Source of the DNA: Sphyrna mokarran
Taxonomy: Eukaryota
Direction of reading: 5' to 3'
Length of the DNA: 64,000 bases
NCBI GenBank assembly: GCA_024679065.1
Contig: JAGIQG010000026.1
Span: 18,724,001 to 18,788,000, forward strand
Part shown: positions 51,624 through 64,000 of the stretch, piece by piece
Layout: every line of letters begins with the position of its first letter
How positions within the stretch are numbered: position 1 is the first letter of the stretch
Notes under the pieces: generated by a model
What the model saw: only the letters and a program-made list of their open reading frames with translations
Databases searched by the model: none
Told to the model about the DNA's origin: nothing
Translations under genes and position numbers: made by a program

Positions 51624-51945
51624 AATCATAGAATCCCTATGTTACAGGAGGAGGCCATTCAGCCCGTTGAGTCTGTACTGATCACAATCCCACTCAGGCC
51701 CTATTCCCAAAACCCTCATTTACCCTGCTAATCCCCCTGACACCAGGGTCAACTTTAACATGACCAATCAATCTAACCCTCTGCACATTTCTGGACTGTG
51801 GGAGGAAACTGGAGCACTTGGAGGAAACTCAGTCAAACATAGGAAGAAAGTGCAAACTCTACACGAGACAGTGACCCAAGGCTGGAATTGAACCCAGGTC
51901 CCTAGCGCTGTGAAGCAGCAGTGCTAATCACTGTGCCACCATGCT
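51624..51945 (-). mobile_element. HE1-type SINE (type A)
   Basis: Reverse complement of a near-complete HE1 element. Confidence 0.88.
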
Positions 51946-52585
51946 GCAGATCAATTCTGACGAAAGGTTTATTCTTATTTCTGACTGTCCAAAAACGACG
52001 GCCTGATATGCTTGCCGGAATTTTCCAGCTGTTCATGTTCTGCCACCGCTGCAAGTAATGACGTGGAGTTTGGCGCTCAGCCAAATCTCTGTTTACGCAA
52101 TGGCATCAGAGAATCCCACAGGCGCGAACGGTCAGGAAATTCCAGCAGCTGGGTTTTTTCAGCACTTTGACTTCATTATACAATGAAGCACCTTTGATTT
52201 TTCAGTGAAGTGTGGTCTTTTTAGCAATGCAAGTGCAGATGGACAATGCTTCCTGTTTCCTAGTTGATGGTCACTCTACTGTATACAGGTCTTCACACAC
52301 AGAAGTCGTGAGTTCAAATCCCCTAATGACAAATTGTGTGTAGTTGAATAATTCTGATAATTTTTGGGCAGACTCTGGAACAATATGGTGGTGAAAGCAT
52401 TCCGTTAGCATTTAAATGGATCCATCCTAGCTCAGTCTGATCTATACACACCTCCAGTTGGAATTAACACTTGATGGGATGAATTTTGGTCCTGAGGTTG
52501 AGACGCTGATGTCAGTATATTTCTGGCTCCTGACCTTGAACTTGAGACAGGTGTCATAGGCAGTTTTTGATGTGCAGGGTCAGTA

Positions 52586-52912
52586 GGCGATGGCCTAGTG
52601 GTATTATCACTAGATTATTAATCCAGAAACTCAGCCAGTGTTCTGGGAACAGGGGTTCAAATCCAGCCACGGCAGATGGTGGAATTCGAATTTAACAAAA
52701 AAAAATCTGGAATTAACAATCTACTAATGACCATAAAACCTTCTGGTTCACTTATATCCTTTAGCGAAGGAAATCTGCCATCCTTATCCAGTTTGGTCTA
52801 CATGTGACTCCAGATCCACAGCAGTGTGGTTGACGTTGTACTGCTGCTTGGGCAACTAGAGATGGACGATAAATGCTAGACAGCCAGTGACACACATGTC
52901 CCACGAACGAAG
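52586..52912 (+). mobile_element. SacSINE1/Deu-domain-like SINE
   Basis: tRNA-like head (tggcctagtggtattatcactaga..ggttcaaatcc), central ctggttcact..cctttag.gaaggaaatctgccatcctta block, gggcaactagagatggacgataaatgct tail. Confidence 0.75.
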
Positions 52913-52955
52913 TTTTAAAAATTTACCCAGGATGCATGCGGACCAGCCAATAAAG

Positions 52956-53265
52956 GATGGCATGGCTGCACAATGGTTAGCACTGCTGCCCCACAGTGCC
53001 AGGGACCTGGGTTCAATTCATGGCTTGGATGATTGTGTGGAGTTTGCATGTTCTCCCCATGTTTGCTTGGGTTTCCTCCGGGTGCTCTGGTTTCCTCCCC
53101 CAGTGCAGTTAGGTTGATTGGCCATACTGAATGGCTCCTTACTGTCAGGGGCATTAGTTGGGTAAATATATGGGGTTACTTTTAAAAGGCCTGGGTGGGA
53201 TTGCTGTTGGTGCAGGCTCGATGTGCTGAATGGCCTCCTTCTGCACTGCAAGAGTCTATGATTCT
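52956..53265 (+). mobile_element. HE1-type SINE (type A)
   Basis: tggttagcactgctgcc..gggttcaattc head with a CR1 tail. Confidence 0.88.
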
Positions 53266-53367
53266 TGATTGGGCTTCTGAGGATGGAGGGCCAATAGAAT
53301 GAAGATGGGAGCTGTCAATGTTGTAGTGAAAGAGAAGATTTACAGCGGGTGGAGCAGGTGATTAACG

Positions 53368-53775
53368 CTGTCAGCTCATCTCCAATGGATAACTGTCCCA
53401 AACTGCTCTAGCTCCTTAACTGAAAGGAACAAGCAGATCTATAACACTGAGTCCAACACTCTGAAATCCAGAAACTTTTTCCATTACAGTGGATTTATTC
53501 ATCACAAAACTATAAGTGTAAAGCCAGCAGCTGACCAAAAAGGAGTGGTGGTCCTCCTCAAGAAGCAAGCGGGTCAATGCAAACCAGTAGCATCCTATGG
53601 AAAGATCACCATCAACAAGAATGGTCATGCTACCCTGAACAGGTTACAACACGTGATCCGTAAGAACAACTACCAAAAGAATCTTGGCATGGCTGCACTT
53701 TGGCATGTCAGTGCAATCCTGAAAAGTCAGAAAGCAGTTGTGGTCAAGAAGAAGCACATTTGTGCGCTCTCCTAA
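53368..53775 (+). pseudogene. RPL28: Processed (intronless) pseudogene of 60S ribosomal protein L28
   Basis: Translates as (L)[134 protein letters not shown], colinear with RPL28 ([62 protein letters not shown]...). The start codon reads CTG and many Arg codons have decayed. Confidence 0.93.
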
Positions 53776-55479
53776 CTCAATAAGATTGTTAGTGATTTTC
53801 TAATTTAACTCCATTTTCCTACTCTATTCTCTTGATTCCTTTGATATCCGTATATATCTTCAGTCTAATGAGAGTGCATAAATTTGGAAAAGATTTGACA
53901 TAATCCATAATAAAGGAGAGTTTTAAGTAGAAATGGAAGAGGCCACAGTGCCATGGTGGGGGTTAGAGACGCTAAGTGAAGCTTTGCCCCTTCCCTAGTC
54001 TGTCACTAGGAGATTGCCTTCAATCATTTGGCCTCAATGCTGGTGAGTGGGGCAAGCTGACTGGAAAATTCCAGATAGTCTTAGTAGACCCACTCAGGGG
54101 TTTAATTTGCTACCCATTGCTTACAGACCTGTAAAGCATCACCATGGCAAAATGCTATGCTTACAAAAGGTCTGGAAGTGGAAGCAGGCCAGAAGACTGG
54201 CATAGGAAATTGGAGGCAGGCCAGTTCTGGCTCACTATCTTTTGGTTCAACTAGGTAAGGATATTCAATGTTGTCCTGTACATGCAGCTTACATTCTGCA
54301 GAAAATTTCATACTGAAGACGGTATGAAGACTGAAGATATATACGAATATCAAATGAATCAAGGGAATAGAGTATGAAGATGTAGTTAAATTAGAAAATC
54401 ACTAACAATCTTATTGAGTCAGGAGAGATGTGTGAAACAATTGAATCAGATATATTGACTGGAATTTTACCACCCTATCCACCATGGGAATCGGATTGGG
54501 TGGACAATGGGAAGTTCTGGTGACATTGGGTAGAATTTAATGGATTTGGGACGAGCGAAGCCATAAACTCCCATCCACGATGTTACATATCATCCATTGA
54601 GCCTTTGATTGCAAATTAAAATTATTTAAAACTATGTTTTATTTTTCAATACCTGAAGTGGACTAATTTCTCAAAGGCTATTTTATATCTACTATTACAA
54701 AATCGGAAGATTAATGAGGTATCACATTAGCAGAATACTAGTGAAATTACTTTTAGATTGCTGCTTCTAAAAACAAATAACTGTTCTTTCCATGAGATTT
54801 TAACCTTCCAAGCTGCTTTTGGATATTTGCCACCCAATACGCTAACACGGAAGGTTGTTATTTTCCAAATCCAAAATTTATCTAAAGCTTTTGCAATCAT
54901 CGCTCAGTCTGGGGGGAATGAGACCAATCTGATCTACCTGCTGGGGACAAATGGCAAGGTAGTTGTTTTTGTCTCAGCAGGTATATTTTGAGACTGGTAT
55001 TGTGAAAGGTTAAAAAGAATAAAGAGGAATTTGGCAACAGGGTAAAAGTTTGTTGTGTCGAAACTCTTGCTTTGTAGTTACTTCAAAACAACCTTTTAGG
55101 ATAGAAAGTGAAACTGAAAAAGTGATCGTCTGCCTCCACTGATGGTAATGAAATACCCTCCATCTGTCTTGTTGCAGGAAAGGAATTGGAAGAAGTTGCC
55201 ACCAGGTACATCTTGCCCACAATACCCACCTCCAACTCCTTCGATATAATTCTCACTAAATTGCTGCTTATTCCAGCTCCCTTTTATTGGGTTCCATGGC
55301 CAGCTGACATTATAAGTAGTCCCCTCCCATCCCTTTCTTTCAGAATCATTTTCACATAGCTGATTGGCTGGGGAGTAGAAGCAATGCAATTTTGTTTTCT
55401 GAAATATTAATTTTTCCTTTCCAATCTAAGACACTGAGACCAATTATAGTCTCCCTACAGCTGCTGTCAGTAAGATTGG

Positions 55480-55766
55480 ATAGTGGTTAGCACTGGTGCC
55501 TCACAGCGTCAGGGACCTGGTTTTGATTTCCAGCTTGGGTCACTATCTGAGCGGAATCTGTACATTCTCCTCATGTCTGCGTGGGCTTCCTCTGGGTGCT
55601 CCAATTTCCTCCCAAAGTCCAAAAGACGTGCTGGTTAGGTGCATTGGCCCTGCTAAATTCTCCCTCAGTGTACCCAAACAGGCACTGGAGTGTGGCAACT
55701 AGGGGATTTTCACAGTAACTTCATTGCAGTGTTAATGTAAGCCTATTTGTGACATCAATAAATAAA
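55480..55766 (+). mobile_element. HE1-type SINE (type B tail)
   Basis: HE1 head and body, then ggattttcacagtaacttcattgcagtgttaatgtaagcctatttgtgacatcaataaataaa. Confidence 0.9.
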
Positions 55767-56234
55767 TGATTGGGAACAAGCTTGAATATGTATAGCTGAG
55801 CAATCCATTGTGATAAAAGGGAATTATGCATTTGAATTACATCTTGTCATCTCTGCAGATCACCCCAATAATGAATAACAACTGATGGATTACTTTGGAG
55901 GTGGAATCATTGTTATTACATAAAGAATGCAGATAGAAAAATATCAATAATATATCCTACTGCATCTGATCCAATTTTTTCTTTAATATCTGCTGGTGGA
56001 TAGATGTCAAGTTTCATTTAGAAACACAGATGTTTGGGGAAGGGCTTGCAATGTTCACTGCTGACTTTCTGTAGCTGCTTCTTGAGCTGAGTAATTTCAG
56101 CGTTTTTCCACTTCTGCTGATGGATCTCTGGCATTTGGAATGTTTAATTTTGTATTGTTAGAATCCCTCAACTATTTTTACAGCCACTTATCTCACTCTG
56201 TGCAAGTCTAACCTCAGTACAATGCTGCACCCAC

Positions 56235-56600
56235 TTTTAAATTCTTTGTTATGTGATGTGGTACTGCTGGCTAGACCAGCATTTATTGCCCATTCCTGAC
56301 AACGTTGCTGTGGCTGTGGAGTCACAAGTAGGCCAGACCAGCAAGGAAGGCAAATTGTCATAAAGATCCACATGGTACATTAATGTCCTTTATGGAAGGA
56401 AAGGACATGAGTGAGCCACGTGGGCCTTTATGACAATTGATAATGGTTTCATGTTCATCACCAGATTTTAAATTCCAGATTTTTACTGAATTCAAATTTC
56501 ACCATTTGCAGTGGTGGGATTCAAGCTTGGATCCCCAGAGCATCACCCTGTATCTCTGGATTGCTAATCTAGTGACAATACCACTTCACCACTACCTCCC
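56235..56600 (-). mobile_element. SacSINE1/Deu-domain-like SINE (older copy)
   Basis: Reverse-complement homologue of 52586-52912. Confidence 0.68.
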
Positions 56601-57363
56601 CAAAGTCACTGGTCTAATAGTGTTATTAACATCCATAACCCCCATACCCAGTTGTTCATGAAATCATAGCTTTAGTCTATACTTTTTGTTTACCAGTATA
56701 GTGAAAAACATATTTCCTATTTTTGATCATGTGGGCAGTTGTGAAATCTCTGACGTATTTTAGAACATAAATTGTTAAAATTTCACTAAATCGAATATGT
56801 ACAAAAAATCAGTGTCAGGAATAACTAAAGTAAAGGCATATGACTTGGTATCATGCATTGCTTTACTAATTGCACAAAGGATATTTGTATTCTGAAACAA
56901 AACTGTCTTAGTTGCTGTGGAAATATTGAACTATTTCTAACAAGAAGCTGTAGTATCAAATTTGCTCTCAAGTCTGTAACGTCGGAGAACAAACAATCAT
57001 GTTCATCATATCTGAGGCTTACAGTCTTCTCAAATCTAAAGGATTAAAAGCATGGTGACTTTCTTAATGTTGTGTTCTAGTTTTATAACTCAAAATTTAT
57101 CTGCATAATGACAGTGTACCCCTTAAAATCGACCCAAGTTAAAGGTGTGTGATATTGCATTCCCATGTTATTGCTCTTGTTGCCTTCTGCTTGTGGCAAA
57201 GGCACAAATAATATTTTCATACAATTATAAAATCTGCAGGGAGAGGAGGGAAGTTTTCATAGACACTGGTCTTAGACTTTAAAGTTCACTGTAAAATGGA
57301 TTCTGGTACACGCACTAGAGTGTACATATTTCCTTGTAAATATGATGCTTAAGATTTTAAAGC

Positions 57364-57644
57364 TTGTTTATTATTGTCACAAGTAGCTTTACATTAACAC
57401 TGCATTGAATTTACTGTGAAAATCCCCTATTCGCCACAGTCCAGTGCCTGTTCAAGTACACTGAGGGAGCATTTAGCATGGCCAATGCACCTAACCAGCA
57501 TGTTTGTCGAACCGTGGAAGGAAACCAGAGCACCTGGAGGAAATCCATGTAGATGTGGGAAGAACGTGTCAGACAATGACTCAAGCTGGGAATTGAAACT
57601 GAGGCCCTGATATTGTGAGGCAGAAGTGCTAACCACTGTGCCAT
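57364..57644 (-). mobile_element. HE1-type SINE (type B tail)
   Basis: Reverse complement of the head, body and type B tail. Confidence 0.88.
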
Positions 57645-57903
57645 TCCAGTAGATGGGCCTACAGGCGGTGGTTATGTATTTTTCCTCACTTATGGCATCT
57701 ATATTGCATGGGACCTGGGGCTTGAATTCGGTGGCTAAATGATTCTTAGCCATTTGTTTCAGATCTAAGGAAAATTAGAATATTACCTGTTTGTGATCTC
57801 CTGGATAAAGGACATGGAGTGATTCAATCTAATTTCTCTAGGAGCATTCCCCTTTCAAAATTCCCCTTTCGAAAATGTTTGCTTGATTTGTTGCTATGTT
57901 TAA

Positions 57904-58080
<177 letters not shown>

Positions 58081-58757
58081 TAATTCCCTCTAATTTATTA
58101 TTGCCTCTTCCTCACCACTTCTCTGTTCAGTTCTTTTAGTCAGGAGGGAGGATGCAAACCAGTTGCAAAAGGTAATAATTGTACCTGTTTGTTTTGGGAA
58201 AAGCCATCTGATTAGATCCAATTCTATGCCTTTCCCCACATCTTTTTTAGATTGTTCCTTTTCAGATTGTTACCACTTGCCATTTAAAAGCCAAGATAGT
58301 TTCTGATCTCACCAGTATGTACATTTCACACACTCCCAGTGTAAAAAAATTCTTTTCAAAAATCTCCTTGAATTCTATGTAGCAGCTTTCTCTTCATACT
58401 GTCTAGTTTGGGGACACAAGAATAACACTTAATCAGCTTTATCTTAGCAAAGTGTCTAGTAATTTTGAATGTCTCTGAGAGAAGATCTAATGCAATGATT
58501 CCATTCTTTTGTCATTTCTGATATTATAGTGAATTCTTTCCAGGCTGTACATGGCATAAGCATCCTTTCTAAAGTAACATCATCAGTCGGCTACAATATT
58601 AAAGCTGTGCCAAGACTGATGACTACTTAGTACTTAGTATTATTTTGTTTGTATGCTATGTCCCTGTTTATGGAATCTAGGATTCCATATGAGCTTATTA
58701 ACCTGTCCTCCCATTGTAAAGTCTGTGTGTTCCCTTTACATATCAGGGCATTGACTT

Positions 58758-59045
58758 TTCTTTCGTTCATTCGCTGGATGAAGGTGGTGTGGCTGGGCAT
58801 ACATTTATTGTCCATCCCTAATTGTCCTTGAGAAGGTGGTAGTCAGCTGCCTTCTTGAACCACTGCAGTCCCATCCTGTGCTATAGGTACACCCACAATG
58901 CTGCTGGGGAGAGAGTTCTAGGATTTTGACCCAGTGACAGTGAGGGAATGGTGATATATTTCCAAGTGAGTGGCTTGGAGGGAACTTGCAGGTGCTGGTG
59001 TTCCCAGGTATCTGCTGCCCTTGTCCTGCTAGATAATAGCGGTCA
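58758..59045 (-). mobile_element. 3' end of a CR1/L2-group LINE
   Basis: Minus strand ends ..ggacaattagggatggacaataaatg..gaatgaacgaaag, the tail also seen on the SacSINE1-like elements. Confidence 0.72.
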
Positions 59046-59135
59046 TGGGCCTGCAACAGTTTCAAATTTAAATGTGGAAGGGATACAAACGTCACAAACA
59101 AGGAGTAGGCCATTCAGCCCCTTGAGCTTGCTCTG

Positions 59136-60458
59136 CCATTTAATAAGATCATGGCTGTTCTGATGATAACCTCAAAAAAACAGTTTAACCTTTACAATTG
59201 TGTGCATCAGCCTGCAATTTTCTGATGTTGCTGTACCTCCTGACCACTTTATAAACTTCTTTGTTATTCTTGCTGCTTTTATGATTTTGTGAGTGATGTG
59301 AGATCTGAGCCATTCAAGAGGAAAGAAATTATTTGGTGTTGCAGAACAGACCATGATTTTCTTCCATTCAGTCTCTCTGAAACAAAACCAATGGAGGTTT
59401 GCTGCAATGTATTGCACACTTTTGAGACTGAAGATAACAATCTGTATTGATTTTAGCTTAGGGAAGCCCCTCAGTCTCCAAGACCAGTCGTGCTTATGAC
59501 TGTGCATTAGGGTGAAATTGCTCAATGAATGCCAAGTTACAGGTAGTGTGTGATGTGGAGTTGTTGCTGCTGGGAAGTAACGACTGCCGTAATCAAAAGC
59601 TTTCATCCTTTTTCTCAATGCAATACAAAATATGAAAGTCGATTCTGCAGCTTAACCAATAACCGAAACAGGTACAGTTTACTTGCCCATAGCTAGCATA
59701 AATGGAATTTGCCAAAAAGAATCTTCCAATCTGCTTTAGGTGATTGACTCTGATAACTGATTTAAGTTGCTGAACCATAGTCGATGACAGATAATTTGTG
59801 CCATTCATACATATTGGATAGCACTATGGTTAACACTGCTGCCTCACAGCGCCAGGCACCCGGATTCACTTCCCGTCTTGGGTTGCTTCGTTTTCTTCGG
59901 ATACTCTGGTTTCCTCCGACAGTCCGATAGACATGCTCGTTAGGTGCACTGGCCATGCTAAGTTCTCCCTCAGTGTACCCGAACAGGCACTGGAAAGTGG
60001 CGAGGATTGTCACAGTGACTTCAGTGTTAATGTAAGCCTAAAACTGGATTGTGTGAGGACCCAAAATGAATAGGATTGCTACCCCATTGCAACGTGCATT
60101 GAGCTTCTGGTGGTTTGGGCCATTTAATAAGATCGTGGCTATTCTGATAACAACCTCAGATCTACATCCAGTTTACCCCCAATTTCAAAAAGGTAACTTA
60201 ACCTTTACAATTGTGTGCATCAGCACGCAATCTTCTGATGTTACTATACCTCCTGACCACTTTGTAAACTTCTTTCATATTCTTGCTGCTTTTATGATTT
60301 TGTGAATGATGTGAGATTTGTGTCATTCAAAAGGAGAGAAACTATTTGGCATTACAGAACAGACCATTATTTTTCCCCATTCAGTCTTGAGTTTGTCTCT
60401 GGAACAAAACTAATGAGGGTTTGCTGCAATGTATTGCACACTTTCGAAACTTTGAAGA
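59136..60458 (+). repeat. Diverged direct repeat of about 300 bp (59136-59435 and 60119-60458)
   Basis: Shared colinear blocks: gccatttaataagatc, ttaacctttacaattgtgtgcatcagc, cctcctgaccacttt, attcttgctgcttttatgattttgtga, ggtttgctgcaatgtattgcacacttt. Confidence 0.9.
59819..60040 (+). mobile_element. HE1-type SINE (type B tail, internally deleted)
   Basis: tggttaacactgctgcctcacagcgccagg head and gtgttaatgtaagccta tail. Confidence 0.85.
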
Positions 60459-61516
60459 TTCTCAGACCTTGTGTAATTCTGTACAGTAGTTAAGATTCTG
60501 AGTTGTCAGACATCATTTAGTCTTGACTTTTATTTCCGTTTATTCTGAATCATGGGAAAATAATTGATAAATATCTACATTAACGTGTCTTTAAAGTTTA
60601 ATTATGCACATTGTTTCAGATAGAGAATCTGTCAGGAGACAAAAAAAGGGACTTGCATTCATATAGCGCTTTTCATGATGATCAGCCATTGTAATGAAGT
60701 GCATTACAGCTAATAAAGTGTTTTTGAAGCATGCTCACTATTATGTAGAAAACGCAGCAGCCAATTTGCGCACAGCAAGCCCCACTCGAAGCAAAGTGGT
60801 AATAGCCAGCTAATCTGTATTGGTGGTGTTATTTGAGGGATATAGATAGATTTTTTTTAAGGCAAGACACCTGGTCTTCTACAAATTAATGCCTGAGTTC
60901 TTTTTGTTCACAAGAAAGGACAGTTGGAGCCTTGGTTTAGTATCTCACCTGAAAGTCAGCATCTCTGACAATGCAGCGCTCCCTTAGTACTGCAGTGGAA
61001 TACCATCCTTGATTCTGTTTTGTCTGGTCTCATTTATAAGGCTGATAGTGCCACCCAACTGCACCACAGCTGACACACAACAGGCCATAGTTGTTGGCAG
61101 AAATTCTGCCCAGCCACTCCATGTTCATCGTATTTTACTGAAATTTCATCACTGTATCATAAAATTTATAATTTATGTTTAGCATGGAACAAGCACAACT
61201 TTCTTCACCATACTTGAATGTAGTCTGGAACACTAACCATAGTAACCAATGCTGGCTGTCATCATTATGAATAATAATTTCTGTTAATAATAATTGATAT
61301 GACAAGTGTTATTTATTTTAAGTTGACACTATTCATTCTTACAGCCAGAACTACTAAATTCCTTGGTGGTGAAATATAGCTTCTTTAGTGGCTTACGTTA
61401 GCCAGAACTGTATTTCATTTTGATGTTCATTACTGATATTCCAAAGCTGCTGGGCTGACATCCCATTTACATCCCTCATAAACTTAAGCATATCCAAAAC
61501 CCTACTGCCTCTAACT

Positions 61517-62960
61517 CATAGAGTCACAGAGGTTCACAGCATTGTAACAAGACTTTTGGCCCAAATTTTCCATGCCACCCAGTTTTTATCACTAAGCTAA
61601 TCCCAACTGCCCACATTTTGCTTATGTCCCTCTAAACTCACCTTAACCATGTAACTGTCTAATGCTTTCAAAAGACAAAATTGTACTCACCTCTACTACT
61701 TTCTCTGGCATCTCATTCCAGACACTCACCATCCTCTGTGTAAAAAAATTGCCCTGCAGAACTCTTTTGTATCTCTCCCCTTTCATCTTAAACCTGTGCC
61801 TTCTAGTTTTGACTCCCCCACCTTTCGGAAAAGATGTTGACTATCTGCCTTATCTATGCCCCTCATTATTTTATAGACATCTATTAGGTCATCCCTAATT
61901 CTTCTATGCTCCAGAGAAAAAAGTCCCAGTCTATCCTGCCTATCCTTATAACTCAAACCATCAAGTCCCAGTAGCATCCTAGTAAATCATTTCTGCACTC
62001 TTTCTAATTTGATAATATCCTTTCTATAATAGAATGACTAGAATTGTACGCAGTATTCCAAGTGTGGCCTTCCTAATGTCTTGTACAACTTCAATAAGAC
62101 ATCCCAACTCATGACCAATGAAATCAAACATGCACATACCTTCCTCACCATGCTGTCCATTTTCAAGGAGATATGAACCTGTACTCCTAGATCACATTGT
62201 TCTATAACTCTTCCCAGTGCCCTACCATTAACTGAGTAGGCCCTGTGATTCAATCAATCAAAATCACCTCGCATTTATCTAAATTAAACTCCACCTGCCA
62301 TTCGTCAGCCCATTGGCCCAATTGATCAAGATCCCTTTGCAATCCTAGATAACCTTCTTCTGTGTCCACTATGCCACTAATCCTGGTGTCATCTGCAAAC
62401 TTACGAACGATGCCTCTTATATCCTCATCCAAATCAATTATATAAATGACAAATAACAGTGGACTCAGCACTGATCCCTGAGGCACACCGCTGGTCACAG
62501 GCACCCAGTTTGAAAAACAACCCTCTACAATCACTCTCTGTCTTCTGTCCTCAAGATAATTTTGTATCCAGTTGGCTACCTCACCCTGGATCCTGTGAGA
62601 TTTAACCTTATGCAACAACCTACCATGCAGTACCTTATCAAAGACCTTACTAAAGTCCATATGGACAACGATAATTGCAATGCCCTCATCGATCTTCTTG
62701 GGTACCCCTTCAAAAACTCAAATTTGTGAGACATGATATTCCACTCATAAAAGCCATGCTGACTGTCCCTAATCAGTCCTTGCCTCTCTAAATGCTGTAG
62801 ATCATGTATCTCAGAATATCTTCTAACAACTTATCCACTACTGATGTTAAGCTCATCAGTCTATAGTTCCCCCAGGCTTTTCCCTGCAGTCCTTCTTAAA
62901 CAAAAGCACAACATTTGCTGCCCTTCAACCTTTAGACACCTCACCTGTGGCTGTTGACTA
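61517..62960 (-). mobile_element. Degenerate CR1-clade LINE (RT domain to 3' end)
   Basis: Broken ORFs with DFSKVFDKV, GVPQGSVLSPLLF, KFADDT and RPHLEYCVQF. Confidence 0.92.
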
Positions 62961-63289
62961 GCTCACAGCAAGTCCTTGTTCCTGGTGACCTAAATTGATT
63001 CCCAATCTGGCAGTGCCCTGATTTTTAATATTCTCTTCCCTGCTCTTGGAATTCTCTGTGGCCTTGTTTTTTCTTTTCTCTGTAACCTCCCGCTACCCTC
63101 TGATATCTCTGGTTAAGAATAGCAGCATCAAAGTCTCTCACAGCGACAAATAATGCACGGAAGCAGGAGCTCACAAGAAGAGGAATGAGTGAAAATATCT
63201 TAAAGAAAAAGATCATTCTCGCAAAAATACTGCATTATAAAGAGAACATGACAATAATGTAGCGCCTATAATGTCCTCAAGATGTTTCA

Positions 63290-63420
63290 AAATGAACTGT
63301 CAGAACATCAAGGACGTCTATATTTACCTGACCTAGGAAGCAACATCTCTAGGGAAGGTGACGTAGAGATTGACATCCATGCAAGAATTGGCAAAGTAGC
63401 ATTTGTCTTCCAGGGCTCTG
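63290..63420 (+). mobile_element. RTE-clade LINE fragment
   Basis: Translates LGSNISREGDVEIDIHARIGKVAFVF, matching the RTE motif YLGS...I..RI.KA...F. Confidence 0.65.
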
Positions 63421-63573
63421 TATAGTATGGACATCCAACACCATCAAAGCAGCTGTTGGGTCCTCTTATTCCTTTAACAGGTGAGGGGACAGCACTGGAA
63501 CAGAGTTTTTAAATGATTTTTTTTTAATTGAACAGAATTTAAGAAAATTAATATGACAAAGATAACATAGTTA

Positions 63574-63731
63574 GCACAGTGGTTAGCACTGCTGCTTCAC
63601 AGCGCCAGGGACTCAGGTTCGATTCCTGGCTTGGGTCACTCCGTGTGTGGAATTTGCACGTTCTGCCTGTGTCTGTGCGGGTTTCCTCCGGGTGCTCCGG
63701 TTTCCTCCCACATTCTCAAAGACGTGCTGTT
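63574..63731 (+). mobile_element. HE1-type SINE, 5' part, interrupted by a CR1 insertion
   Basis: gcacagtggttagcactgctgcttcacagcgccaggg..ggttcgattcc. Confidence 0.88.
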
Positions 63732-64000
63732 TAGAACATAGAACACTACAGCACAAACAGGCCCTTCGGCCCACAAGTTGTGCCGATCATATCTATACCT
63801 ACCAGGCCATAGAACTATCTATAACTCCCAAACCCATTAACTCCCATGTACTCATCCAAATGTCTCTTAAAAGACCCCAGCGAGTTCGCCTCTACCACCA
63901 CTGATGGCAACTGATTCCATTCACTCAGCTTTGAGTGAAAAACTTACCTCTAACATCTGTACTTGCCCCCCAGCACCTTAAACCTGTGTCCTCTCGTAGT
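63732..64000 (-). mobile_element. CR1 LINE 3' end, inserted into an HE1 SINE and running off the window
   Basis: tagaacatagaacactacagcacaaacaggccc tail and UTR, same subfamily as 42796-44657. Confidence 0.88.

Noticed and set aside
54428-54465. ATG TGT GAA, resembling the MCE start of mammalian ROR-beta2
   Set aside because: Similarity stops after three residues, there is no suitable donor and it runs into a MITE-like repeat.

Overview
This is vertebrate genomic DNA, very probably a cartilaginous fish (shark), judged from HE1-type tRNA SINEs, HER1/CR1 LINEs with (ATGTTCT)n tails, SacSINE1-like elements and Penelope elements. The window holds the 5' end of one + strand gene, a RAR-related orphan nuclear receptor (ROR, NR1F family; ROR-beta-like N-terminus [31 protein letters not shown]). 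It has a TATA-less CCAAT/GC-box promoter near 2.6 kb, a 7-nt coding exon 1 (2907-2913), a 55-kb intron and an 86-nt exon for zinc finger 1 (57971-58056); I found no further exon before the window end. Neither exon appears in the ORF track; its ORFs are low-complexity artefacts, chance ORFs, transposon/LINE fragments or part of an RPL28 retrocopy. The intron is packed with SINEs, CR1, Rex1/Babar, RTE and Penelope LINE pieces, a solo LTR, a Harbinger remnant, MITE-like repeats and a processed RPL28 pseudogene. I found no convincing new multi-gene system. The best leads are regulatory: a 41-bp minisatellite just after exon 1 carrying 11 TAATCC (OTX/CRX-type) sites, a phase-compatible candidate alternative first exon near 46.8 kb, polypurine tracts before the promoter and a SINE family using two different LINE tails. 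Repeat boundaries are approximate and were read by eye.
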